Positions 8,875 to 17,957 of a DNA stretch of 64,000 nucleotides are shown here, piece by piece. This DNA comes from Candidatus Oxydemutatoraceae bacterium (GTDB lineage: Bacteria > Pseudomonadota > Gammaproteobacteria > Poriferisulfidales > Oxydemutatoraceae). Made by a program: the position numbers and the translations under genes. Numbering within the stretch: position 1 is the first letter of the stretch; every line of letters starts with the position of its first letter. Under the pieces are notes generated by a model. That model worked only from the letters and a program-made list of their open reading frames with translations. It was not told where the DNA came from and did not search any database. The DNA lies in NCBI GenBank assembly GCA_965218975.1, contig OZ244717.1, positions 766,719 through 830,718 on the forward strand, in the 5' to 3' direction.

Positions 8875-9464
8875 GTTGTCGCAATGTACTTGACGCTTTT
8901 TTTCAATACGGCGCCGCGGTGTTCATGTGTCCAAAAAGGAGGGAACAACACCCGCTTGCCTTGTTCCGGTTTAATGCGAACTTGCCGGACCAAGAATTCG
9001 GTTTCACCCCCCCGGCCGGGGATATCATTGAGATACCAAATCGCCACTAATTGACGCATACTGAAATCGTGACTGCCGCCGTCTATGTGCCAATGGTAGT
9101 ACTCGCCGGGTAAGGCACGTTGTATGCCATAGCCCATATCCTTGAATTTACCTTTGAAGTATGGGAACGCTTCGCGAAACTCTCGCAAAGAATCTGCCAA
9201 TGAGAGAAATAATTGCCGGTCAATCGCCTGCCAATGTTTTTTACCGCTAATAAATAAATCGGTGGAGCGTTTAATCGCGCGCATTGTTTGACCGGTTTGT
9301 CCGGTGCGTTCTATGTATTGTTTGTCTTTAGCGGATTCAAACTTTTTAATTATCTCTTTGCACAATTCGCCGGACGAGGAGGATTTACGCTCAAAGATGA
9401 ATGTCTGCGGTGTCGGCTCGTGTAGAGTACCGAGCGATTTGTGCGTTGTAACCGGTTTAATCAT
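8856..9464 (-). CDS. 2OG-Fe(II) oxygenase superfamily protein (prolyl-4-hydroxylase-like)
   Basis: 202 aa with H-x-D (HWHIDGG) and a distal H (FWTHEHRG) facial triad. Overlaps both neighbours. Confidence 0.75.
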   Translation of the reverse strand: MIKPVTTHKSLGTLHEPTPQTFIFERKSSSSGELCKEIIKKFESAKDKQYIERTGQTGQTMRAIKRSTDLFISGKKHWQAIDRQLFLSLADSLREFREAFPYFKGKFKDMGYGIQRALPGEYYHWHIDGGSHDFSMRQLVAIWYLNDIPGRGGETEFLVRQVRIKPEQGKRVLFPPFWTHEHRGAVLKKSVKYIATTWVVFA

Positions 9465-10579
9465 AGCGCTTTTGTTGCGGCGAAGTCGGCAATTTCAGTT
9501 TCCGCTTCCGCTCCTTTTCTACGGAATATATTCAGTATGGTTTGCGCGGTATTCAGCCAATACCGCATTGCTTTAGAGGTCTGTGCCGTCAGCATAGCCC
9601 AATCACCGTTTTCGTCCCATCGTTGCGCGGTCTTCTGCAACGACGGAAACAACTGCTTGCGCGTTGGGGTTTGGGTCGCAAAGTATAAATATAACGAAGG
9701 CATTGATTGATCGGCAATCAACCGCGGTAGTGTTGAAAGCATGTCTGCCAGATGATCTTTCACTGCGCGAGCGACTAATTCCGCTTTTGGATTAGTGAAT
9801 CCGACCAACATTTCATGCCACTCATCGCCTAGCATTTCGCTGGCTTGCATTTCTCCCATTTCGTGCAAGATCAATGTATTGACTTCGTTGTCGCACATTT
9901 GCTCGAGAGATTCATCCAGTTGATTGTCAAAATTATAAAAACTTAGTGCTTTCTCCATCATCCCGGGAGCACGATGCCAACGCCATTCGTTGAGTCTCTC
10001 CCATAGCATCCGTTTCAGGGATTCGCGCCGGATGAAAATAGTCTTACCCATGCTCATTGCAGGCGGCGCGGTTAAATCACGTGCGCATTCGGCATCTGCA
10101 ACGAGCACGAGATAATCGCGGTGGAGCTCTTCCTTCAATAGTTGCCCCATAAAAAAGTGCGGGGTTGTCCGCAAGCCAATGCCGCCCGAATAGATATAAC
10201 CCTGCGGCAGCAAAGACTGATTGATCCCGTCGGTATCGAACGGATCAAAAGTTTGCCCGTTAATAGTCAGGGACATATAAGGTTGTTCTTCGATATCCTC
10301 CCATAACTGCTCGCGCTCGGTGAGCCACGGACCGATCACTTCCTGCGGCAAAGCCTGATTGAAACGGTAGCCGTTTTCCCAGCGGAAATACTCGCGCATT
10401 TTTAGCAGATAAGTGCATAGGGTGTAGTTCGATGCATGGCGCGCATCGCTGATGTTGCAGTTATGCTGCACTGTTTCACATAATGATGTCCATGGCGGGC
10501 CGGAAGATATTTTTCGCATCATAATGTGGATTATAATCCGCACTGGATAGAAGAGAAACACGACAATGGTGCGACTCAA
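9461..10579 (-). CDS. Hypothetical protein (372-aa ORF; likely start at MMRKISS, about 10522)
   Basis: Long ORF with an ATGA overlap onto the oxygenase gene. I recognise no motif. Confidence 0.55.
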   Translation of the reverse strand: MSRTIVVFLFYPVRIIIHIMMRKISSGPPWTSLCETVQHNCNISDARHASNYTLCTYLLKMREYFRWENGYRFNQALPQEVIGPWLTEREQLWEDIEEQPYMSLTINGQTFDPFDTDGINQSLLPQGYIYSGGIGLRTTPHFFMGQLLKEELHRDYLVLVADAECARDLTAPPAMSMGKTIFIRRESLKRMLWERLNEWRWHRAPGMMEKALSFYNFDNQLDESLEQMCDNEVNTLILHEMGEMQASEMLGDEWHEMLVGFTNPKAELVARAVKDHLADMLSTLPRLIADQSMPSLYLYFATQTPTRKQLFPSLQKTAQRWDENGDWAMLTAQTSKAMRYWLNTAQTILNIFRRKGAEAETEIADFAATKAL

Positions 10580-11150
10580 AACTCGTTGGAACCAACCGCA
10601 ACGTACCCGCAGCTTGCAAGATACCGGCAGTGTGGTGGCGGTGAATCTGTGGAAACTTGCTGCCGACAGTTTATTACAGATTGAAAATGAGGGGTTTGAG
10701 ACACAAACCCGAATGCAGCGTCTTGATGTGATAACCGAATTGCTTGCTTATCTGCTGCATTTGCTTGATCGTGTCGCTTACGAGTATGGCGATCATGAAA
10801 TCCGCGCCGCATTGGTTGGGGCAACCGCGCAAAAGTTGGTTGAGCTGGTACGCAATAACTATACTGAGATCGGTGGGGAGGGCGACTGTCGAGGAAAGTT
10901 GACCGGCTTATTGAATGCGCGCGGTACGGAGTATGCCGATTGCAGCTTTTATGAAGGCAAACCCGGATTCACGTTGCGCCGTCTGTTCGGTGAATTCGTT
11001 CAACAAGTGCTGGGCGAGAAAGATCGACGGTGGGCGTCGGACTATGTGATGGATGTGGTCGCGCCGAAAATGTACGCCGATTTACATCGTGCGATACGTT
11101 CCTTACTCTCTTCATTGCCTGCTTCCTCGCCATCCGTAGCAAATAAGTAG
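10566..11150 (+). CDS. Hypothetical protein
   Basis: 194-aa ORF divergent from 9461-10579. Predicted helical; no motif recognised. Confidence 0.45.
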   Translation: MVRLKTRWNQPQRTRSLQDTGSVVAVNLWKLAADSLLQIENEGFETQTRMQRLDVITELLAYLLHLLDRVAYEYGDHEIRAALVGATAQKLVELVRNNYTEIGGEGDCRGKLTGLLNARGTEYADCSFYEGKPGFTLRRLFGEFVQQVLGEKDRRWASDYVMDVVAPKMYADLHRAIRSLLSSLPASSPSVANK

Positions 11151-11153
11151 TCT

Positions 11154-11357
11154 TTACTGATTTTTCTTCGTCCAAGTTTTGAAATTGTCAGTAACTTTGT
11201 TTCGTCCGTCTTCGTAGCCGGCGGTATAGGCATCCGTTATGCGTTGAGATTCGCGTTTCGGGTGTCCCAAATAACCGCCTTCCCAGCCTAAGATATACTC
11301 GGGGTCGGTGGTGTTTTTTTCCATTTTGCTCACGGTATCGCGATAAGTTTTGTCCAT
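11154..11357 (-). CDS. Small hypothetical protein
   Basis: 67-aa ORF, hydrophilic, upstream of the TrpD-like gene on the same strand. Confidence 0.35.
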   Translation of the reverse strand: MDKTYRDTVSKMEKNTTDPEYILGWEGGYLGHPKRESQRITDAYTAGYEDGRNKVTDNFKTWTKKNQ

Positions 11358-11397
11358 AAGTTTTTTTACTCCTGAAATAATATTTTTTACAGTCCGA

Positions 11398-12564
11398 TCA
11401 TCTGATTATTGCGGCATTGAATTTTTCCAGCGCCGCGCCGGAGAAAATTTTTCGGCGTACGCGATCGGCCGCTTCGGACAACGAAACATTATGCTGTAAG
11501 TGAGTCAGTACGATGGCTCCCGCGTAAACCAAAGCATCGAATGCCGCACCTTGCGTACCCCGCAATGCCGCCAGACCGGTCTCAAGGCAGACTTCGGCAA
11601 GGGCATTAGTGTCGATATCAGCGGCAACCTCATCGCCTGTTTGGTTTGCCGACGGGATATTTTTCGGTATGGGTACCGCACGTGTTGTTTGCTCAATACC
11701 TGCTTGTTGCGGAATAACTTCGCGCAGTGTTTCGTTTTCTTGATCGTAGTATTCAAATAAGTTTGCCGCTTGTTTCAATGATGGGATTACACCGCCTTCG
11801 ACACCGCGTACAATCATTGCCGAATCGAAACCGGCCACTCGAGCAAGATGCGCGTAAACCGACGGATACGCTTTATGCACATAGCCGGTTAGGATGTGCG
11901 TTTGCTTCCGTGCGCGAATTGGGTTGGCTAAAACTTCAACCGTTGTTAACACCGGACGCTTAACGATGCGGGCGCGTAGCGGCACTAAATTATGCAGTTG
12001 TGGGCAAAAATTCTTTTGGTCGATATAAGCCCAGCCGATATCCGGATTGGCAATTTGCCGGCAAGCATTAACGACGCTGAGTTCGGTTGCAATTCCGGCA
12101 AGGGCAAATAATTTATGTGCGGTGAGACCGAACTTTGGCCCGACGAATCGAACACCGTGTGAAACGGCCGGTAGTCCGCACGCGGCAAGTACCGCCGGAA
12201 CGAACGGCGCCATCGGTACGCTGCGGGTGTAGCCGTCGTACATATCAGCGACATCAATTAAGTGATCCACCTCGGCAACTGCTTGAGGGTTGCTATCTAT
12301 AATCGCTTTTAGGATTCCGCTTGTCTCATCGTCCGTTTCGCGCTTCATCCGCAAAGCAATCAGGAAAACAGCGGATTGGACCGGGTCTGCATCGCTTTGC
12401 AGGATCGCTTGGGTTGCCGCATAGGCTTCATCAAAATCCAAGTCCTTGCTGAATTCCGGACCGGTGGCCACTTTCTGAATACAACGACGCAGAAGCAAAA
12501 AATCTTGATCAGGTTCTTTGTCTACAGGTACATTGTCGGTTTGAGTTCCCATCGGCAGAAGCAT
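11398..12564 (-). CDS. Glycosyl transferase family 3 / anthranilate phosphoribosyltransferase-like protein (TrpD paralog)
   Basis: 388 aa. It has an N-terminal helical bundle (AVFLIALRMKRET) and a GT3 core (VLAACGLPAVSHG ... VRGVEGG). Confidence 0.7.
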   Translation of the reverse strand: MLLPMGTQTDNVPVDKEPDQDFLLLRRCIQKVATGPEFSKDLDFDEAYAATQAILQSDADPVQSAVFLIALRMKRETDDETSGILKAIIDSNPQAVAEVDHLIDVADMYDGYTRSVPMAPFVPAVLAACGLPAVSHGVRFVGPKFGLTAHKLFALAGIATELSVVNACRQIANPDIGWAYIDQKNFCPQLHNLVPLRARIVKRPVLTTVEVLANPIRARKQTHILTGYVHKAYPSVYAHLARVAGFDSAMIVRGVEGGVIPSLKQAANLFEYYDQENETLREVIPQQAGIEQTTRAVPIPKNIPSANQTGDEVAADIDTNALAEVCLETGLAALRGTQGAAFDALVYAGAIVLTHLQHNVSLSEAADRVRRKIFSGAALEKFNAAIIR

Positions 12565-12632
12565 TGATTCGTTTGCGCATTATAGATTGCTTAAAGATCT
12601 ACATTGAAGATCAAAGTATATCTTATCAATCA

Positions 12633-13424
12633 TTAGGCTTGAAGCACTGCCGCGATTTTTTCTGCCATCACTTTATACAACTGCGGATTCGCCGCCAAAG
12701 TATCGCCGACGATTAAGTGATGATGACCGCCGGATAAGTCGCCGACCATCCCGCCCGCTTCTTGCACCAGCAAACTACCGGCGGCAATATCCCATATATT
12801 CAGATTAAATTCCCAAAAACCGTCTAAGCGTCCCGTCGCGACATACGCTAAATCTAAGGACGCCGCACCGGCGCGGCGCACACCCGATGTGCCACGAATT
12901 AAACCATCGAGTACACGCATATACTCGGCGATATTGCTCTGATGTTGATAGGGAATACCAGTGCCGAGAAGCGCCGATTGCAATGTTGGCCTGTCGGCAA
13001 CGCGGATTTTCCTTTGGTTAAGCAGAGCGCCTTGCCCTTTTGCTGCGGCAAACAGTTCATTGCGATTCGGGTCATAGACTACACCGGCAACCACTTCCTG
13101 TTTGTGCATCAGTGCGATGGAAACGGCAAAGTGCGGAAAGTTGTGCAGGAAATTGGTCGTGCCGTCCAAAGGATCGATTAACCAACGATAGTCGCTGTCT
13201 TTGTCTCCGTGCAGTCCGCTCTCCTCGGATAAAACAGCATGCTTCGGGTACGCTTTCAAAATAATACGGAGTATCTCTTTTTCACAAGCAATGTCCACTT
13301 CGCTCACAAAATTGTTGGGGGTCTTTTCCCAAATATCGAGATACCGGATATCGGAGAACTTTAGCGACATGATTTTACCGGCGGCGAGCGCCGCTCTTTC
13401 AGCAATATGAAGGTAAGGTGACAA
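12633..13424 (-). CDS. suhB: Inositol monophosphatase family protein SuhB
   Basis: 263 aa with EESG, WLIDPLDGTTNF and WDIAAG motifs. Divergent from trmJ as in E. coli. Confidence 0.9.
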   Translation of the reverse strand: MSPYLHIAERAALAAGKIMSLKFSDIRYLDIWEKTPNNFVSEVDIACEKEILRIILKAYPKHAVLSEESGLHGDKDSDYRWLIDPLDGTTNFLHNFPHFAVSIALMHKQEVVAGVVYDPNRNELFAAAKGQGALLNQRKIRVADRPTLQSALLGTGIPYQHQSNIAEYMRVLDGLIRGTSGVRRAGAASLDLAYVATGRLDGFWEFNLNIWDIAAGSLLVQEAGGMVGDLSGGHHHLIVGDTLAANPQLYKVMAEKIAAVLQA

Positions 13425-13561
13425 TATTTCTCGTCCGATTAATTATTAGTTTACTCAATGTGCGCAGACAAGTCTTGCTTATTGAATCTTTCAGCGCTTC
13501 ATTTTACGCATTATTAAACGGATGCGGAACAAAGATTCTATGCCGATCGGTATAATTCCCG

Positions 13562-14338
13562 ATGATGAATACAAATGATGCTAAACATAGCGGCGGTGGG
13601 AGCGGTATTTTGGAATGCAGTGCCCGACTACGCTTCGTGTTGGTTGAGCCGACTCATCCCGGCAATATCGGGGCGACGGCGCGTGCGATGAAAACGATGG
13701 GACTGACGCGCTTGGCAGTGGTGCAATCATGTTGTTTCCCTGATAATCATGCGACAGCGATGGCGGTTGGAGCCGCAGATGTGTTGGAACAAGCGACTCG
13801 TCCCGATTCGTTAGCGGATGCGGTTGCCGATTATCACCTAGTGATAGGGACAAGCGCACGTGCCCGGCATTTGCGTTGGCCGATAATATCGCCGTCTGCG
13901 GCGGCGGAGAAAATTTGTGGGTTATCTGTAAATTTGCGGGCGGCGATTGTGTTCGGACGAGAGAGTGCCGGTTTGAGCAATGCGGAGCTGGACCTGTGTC
14001 AGTATCTGGTGCATATTCCTTGTAATCCTAATTTCAATTCGCTTAATCTTGCATCGGCAGTGCAGGTGATCGCGTATGAAATTTATTGTTGTGCAACAAG
14101 CTTAGCGTCGGCGAAAACGGTTCTTGTCGATGCGATGGATTTACCCGCACCTTTGACTGAAGTTGAAAGATTCTTCGCTCATCTCCAAAATGCGCTGCAG
14201 GGTTCCGGCTTTTTGAAAAACCGGCAACCGGTTTCATTGATGCGTCGCCTACGCAGGTTGTTTCATCGCGCACACTTGACACAACGTGAAGTCAATATAT
14301 TGCACGGAATGATTAGTGCATTCGAAGAGAAAAATTGA
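13562..14338 (+). CDS. trmJ: tRNA (cytidine/uridine-2'-O)-methyltransferase TrmJ
   Basis: 258 aa SpoU/TrmH fold (RFVLVEPTHPGNIGATARAMKTMG ... FGRESAGL ... SLNLASAV). Confidence 0.85.
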   Translation: MMNTNDAKHSGGGSGILECSARLRFVLVEPTHPGNIGATARAMKTMGLTRLAVVQSCCFPDNHATAMAVGAADVLEQATRPDSLADAVADYHLVIGTSARARHLRWPIISPSAAAEKICGLSVNLRAAIVFGRESAGLSNAELDLCQYLVHIPCNPNFNSLNLASAVQVIAYEIYCCATSLASAKTVLVDAMDLPAPLTEVERFFAHLQNALQGSGFLKNRQPVSLMRRLRRLFHRAHLTQREVNILHGMISAFEEKN

Positions 14339-14475
14339 GCGGATGCTTCTTGATATATTGTTGTTTTATACGGGCATGACAGGAAAATTCATACGATTTC
14401 TTGCTAAAAGTTCCTAAGCATCTATCCGTTTGCTTCAAAGCGGAAGCAGGTAATGAGCGACATCCTTCAAGGCAT

Positions 14476-15230
14476 TGTACGTGTCCGGATACATACTGGA
14501 TTCTTGGACGTCAATAAAAAGGTGACCGACATGCAATACCAGCACATTGGCCACCGCATCAAAGGTTTCTATATGAGCCAATTTTGCTTCAAAAATAGAG
14601 GCTATATAGAGGCTATTATGAACACAACGGCTCAACAGAAATATGATGCCCTATTATTTTTGGAGGGTTGTAACTCCCGAACGCATTCAAGATCGGTCGC
14701 AGTACTTTGTACCGCTGGCGTCGGCGTTATCGCCGCACTGGCCTCAGCACCTTACATGATCGCGGTAAAGCGCCGCGTAAGAGGCGCCAGCGGATTGTCA
14801 GTAAAGTGCTTGTCGTCCATGACGAGACTTGGTTCTGTCAATGAGCGCCAGCCCTGACGTCCTTGTCGAGTCGTTCGCCGCTGAAAACCGGTCGGTTTTC
14901 CGGGCGCGTCTCACCCTGCGCCAGGCTTATCCGAATCTCGGCAGCAGTAAAATCTTTGAGCTGATGAAACCGTTTTGTGTTTGTTGGCGGATTGTGCCGG
15001 ATTGTCGGCAAAGTGCCTGTCATCCATGACGCGACTTGGTTCTGTCAACAAGCCCCAGCCCCGACATCCTTGTCGGGTCGTTCGCCGCTGAAAACCGGTC
15101 GGTTTTCCGGGCGCGTCTCACCCTGCACCGTCCTCATGCCGGCAACGGACAGAAAGCACCGATCCGAATGTTACTGCCGAACGCTTCCCCCGAAGCCCTT
15201 CAAAAATCCCATTTAGAGTGGCATCGTACA
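14476..15230 (+). mobile_element. IS-derived head-array-tail repeat cassette, copy 2 (H - A' - B - A - T)
   Basis: The left end is tgtacgtgtccggatacat. Modules: A' 14819-14916, B 14917-15025, A 15026-15123, tail 15124-15230 ending ggcatcgtaca. Confidence 0.7.
14618..14818 (+). pseudogene. Transposase N-terminal HTH remnant (2-nt indel plus stop relative to copies 1 and 3)
   Basis: Same sequence as 24314-24586 and 7958-8230. The HTH (FKIGRSTLYRWRRRYRRTGLSTLHDRGKAPRKRRQR) is out of frame with the ATG. Confidence 0.55.
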
Positions 15231-15410
15231 TCGGTTTGACAAATCGCCGGAACGACGTTATTCTCGTTTACAATAACGTTATGAGCCTTGAGGTAACTAA
15301 TGCTCATAACCGGCGATGTTGTCGGCGCCTCAAAACCGATACTTGTCCATGATGCGGGACGAACATCCCGTGCGGGCGTTTCTCCATGCGGGCGTAGCCC
15401 TCAACTTAAA

Positions 15411-15632
15411 ATGGAGACGATTATAGAAATTACTGCTGAGAAATTTGAACAGGAAATTCGAAAGCTTGAGCAGGGACAAAAGGACCTTGAGCAGGGACAA
15501 AAGAACCTTGAGCAAAAGCTGTCCGACTCTCATCGTGAATTTATTATCTGGGTGGTCGGTTTGTTCATCGGCACCGGGGTGCTGATGACCGCCTTGGGCA
15601 GCCTGTATATCAACATTCTGCTTGTGAATTAG
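15411..15632 (+). CDS. Small coiled-coil protein with C-terminal TM helix
   Basis: METIIEITAEKFEQEIRKLEQGQKDLEQGQKNLEQKL ... IIWVVGLFIGTGVLMTALGSLYINILLV. A terminator follows. Confidence 0.5.
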   Translation: METIIEITAEKFEQEIRKLEQGQKDLEQGQKNLEQKLSDSHREFIIWVVGLFIGTGVLMTALGSLYINILLVN

Positions 15633-15688
15633 GTTTCAGTTGCTAGGTCTTTGGTTATACTGACGAAGCTTTGCCGAGCGCAACACGG

Positions 15689-15714
15689 AAAGCCGCCTTC
15701 GAGCGGCTTTTTCG
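15689..15714 (+). terminator. Rho-independent terminator
   Basis: aagccgc-cttcga-gcggctt followed by tttcg. Confidence 0.6.
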
Positions 15715-15877
15715 TGTCAGGACTTTAAGTTGCCTGCCTGCCCCGCGGCGTTTTCGTCCGTTTCGGCGTCTCCGGCGAAAAATCGACAGCGAAACTCGCC
15801 CGTAGCGCGACGATTCGGAAGGTAAAAAGTATCCCGCGCGATACCCCCTAATTCGGCGCTTCGGTTTTCGGTCGAGA

Positions 15878-16093
15878 GTGCCAAATGTTATGGGCCTATA
15901 CAGTGAGTTTCAAGGACAGTTTGCCCGGCTCATCCGGGAATCACCCGCGATTGAGCAGTGGCTAACCTATCCCAAGTGTCCAAAAATGAACGCGCACATC
16001 GAGCGCTTCAACCGCACCGTCCAAGAAGATTGTATCGATCATGCGGAAGACCTGCTATTTACCGATACGGAAGCATTCAATGACCGGTTATGA
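15878..16093 (+). pseudogene. DDE (rve-type) transposase C-terminal fragment
   Basis: ...SEFQGQFARLIRESPAIEQWLTYPKCPKMNAHIERFNRTVQED... is the conserved P..P..N..(I/V)ERFNRT block. The fragment is cut after FNDRL by repeat sequence. Confidence 0.65.
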
Positions 16094-16249
16094 AACCGTT
16101 TTGTGTTTGTTGGCGGATTGTGCCGGATTGTCGGCAAAGTGCCTGTCATCCATGACGCGACTTGGTTCTGTCAACAAGCTCCAGCCCCGACATCCTTGTC
16201 GGGTAGTTCGCCGCTGAAAACCGGTCGGTTTTCCGGGCGCGTCTCACCC
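16094..16249 (+). repeat. Partial cassette: linker X (gaaaccgttttg...gtcatcc) plus one 98-nt A unit (16152-16249)
   Basis: Near-identical to the X and A modules of the full cassettes. Confidence 0.85.
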
Positions 16250-16294
16250 TGCTCGTCCATGCCGAGACTTGGCGCTGCCGAACGCATCCTCGTA

Positions 16295-16543
16295 ATGGCA
16301 GAGCAGGACGTTCAACATATGCGCAATTTTGAGAACAAGGCTTTAGACGCCGCCCGTTACCAACAACTCACGGGACAGGTCTGCGGTTTTATCATCGGCA
16401 TCATCGCATTATTCGCAGCGGTCGCCGCTTTATTCCTTGGCCATGAAGTTGTCGCTGCGATTATCGGCGCTACAACGGTAGCTAGCCTCGGTGCTGTTTT
16501 TGTAACAGGAAGGATCGCCAAGCCAAAAGGCAGAGGCATATAA
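16295..16543 (+). CDS. DUF2335-like membrane protein, N-terminally truncated (ORF formally opens inside the repeat at 16103)
   Basis: (G)AAERILVMAEQDVQHMRNFENKALDAARYQQLTGQ followed by 2 TM helices. The DUF2335 assignment is from memory of the PGAAERIL.MAE motif. Confidence 0.5.
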   Translation: MAEQDVQHMRNFENKALDAARYQQLTGQVCGFIIGIIALFAAVAALFLGHEVVAAIIGATTVASLGAVFVTGRIAKPKGRGI

Positions 16544-16923
16544 CGCTTTGGAGAATGTATACACCGCCGGTTGAAGTGTGCCCCGCTTTCTCATTAATAA
16601 CCTACGTGAATTAGCGGCAACCGAGATGAGGGGCACGAAACCGCTTCAAAGTTTTGTTTTAATTAAATTGCGGAGATTTAGCACATCCAAGTCAAGCGTC
16701 TAAGTCTGCCGGAATGATAGAATACAAACCGACATAAATCCGAACCGCGATAAAGTGAACAGCGCAATGTTTCAAGTTCACTTCAAAAAGCATAGATTCA
16801 AGGGGATACGAGATAGACTCAAAAGAGTTGAGTGCCTTCTCTCGCCGCGGTGAATAATCTGTTTGAGGCAGCGGACACCGTCTTAAACGAAGGACGTTTA
16901 ATCTTGCTTTAACTGCCACTTAA

Positions 16924-17337
16924 TTAGCGAATACGCCAGGGTTTCAAAAACTGGGATAAAAGAAAAGAAACACCTAGTAACCCTAACCCGCCCGCGGCCC
17001 ATCCATGGCCGCTTATTGCCAAATAAGTACCAAGAAAAAGTCCTAACACCGCTAAGAAAAAAGCCATATATTGACCACGCTTTACATGCCCATTTGCCTG
17101 AGCTAACCCATGGCTTTTCATATCAATGATATGCTTTTGCCTGTCCTCCGCCATGCAAATAATGCGGTCAGCCGCCCCTTTAATCACATCCTCGTACTTT
17201 TGCAATTCCGACGAGCGTGGTAGAGGGCCCTTATGCTGCTCCATCTGCACCACACGACGGAGGTCCTTGCTTTGATCAGGGACGTTGCGCGGCTTGCTTT
17301 TCTGTAACGGCTGCTTTGTACTCTTCCGTTTGCTCAT
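16924..17337 (-). CDS. DUF2335-like membrane protein (full length)
   Basis: 137 aa: LPRSSELQKYEDVIKGAADRIICMAEDRQKH ... RGQYMAFFLAVLGLFLGTYLAISGHGWAAGGLGLLGVSFLL. Confidence 0.6.
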   Translation of the reverse strand: MSKRKSTKQPLQKSKPRNVPDQSKDLRRVVQMEQHKGPLPRSSELQKYEDVIKGAADRIICMAEDRQKHIIDMKSHGLAQANGHVKRGQYMAFFLAVLGLFLGTYLAISGHGWAAGGLGLLGVSFLLSQFLKPWRIR

Positions 17338-17571
17338 AATCGTTCAGAGCATCACGCAAGCAGCTGCCGACACCGGTCCAAACTAATTCCTCTATTTCTT
17401 CCTCGCTCTTGCGCGATGGGATGTTCATAGGAGAAATCAGCGATAGAGCCCCCCGCAAAAGATTTTTCGCAATTATGCTTTCCATGATTCTCATCCTAAT
17501 ACTATATTCAAAAAACGATTCAAGTGTACGATGCTGTATAGGCCCATAACATTCGGCACTCCAGGTGGTGA

Positions 17572-17802
17572 TTACCAGATCAGAGTCAGGACGCCGATGA
17601 CGGCGAACAGCGTCGTGAACGCGAGCGTCACGAACCACGTCTTCACCGAGTCGACTTTGCTTTCCAGTTTCTCAAAGCGGCGATCGAGCGCTTGATCGCG
17701 TTTGTCGAGTTCTTCTTTGAATTTGACCTTCAGCTCTTGTTGCTGTTGACAGATCGTCTCTAAAGTAATTTCCATCATCGTCTTCATTATAGGTTGATTC
17801 AC
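17572..17802 (-). CDS. Small coiled-coil protein with C-terminal TM helix
   Basis: (M)MEITLETICQQQQELKVKFKEELDKRDQALDRRFEKLESKVDSVKTWFVTLAFTTLFAVIGVLTLIW. Same architecture as 15411-15632. Confidence 0.5.
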   Translation of the reverse strand: MNQPIMKTMMEITLETICQQQQELKVKFKEELDKRDQALDRRFEKLESKVDSVKTWFVTLAFTTLFAVIGVLTLIW

Positions 17803-17957
17803 AAGAAAATGCCCTAATGGATTCGGCCCCTTACAGGAGCGCCATCCCGTCGGGGCAAGTATCGGTTTCGAGGCGCTGGCCGGGTCGTGAGCAGTTAATG
17901 CCTCCGAAGCTCATAATATTGTGCTTAAGAATACGCCGTTCCGGTGGTCCGTCAAAT

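Noticed and set aside
14476-14493. TGTACGTGTCCGGATACA at the head end resembles a GacA/UvrY box (TGTAAG-N6-CTTACA), which would fit the Csr-sponge idea.
   Set aside because: Only the outer TGTA/TACA match (8 of 12). The site also lies at the 3' end of the GGA-strand transcript, not upstream of it. It is more simply the IS terminal inverted repeat.
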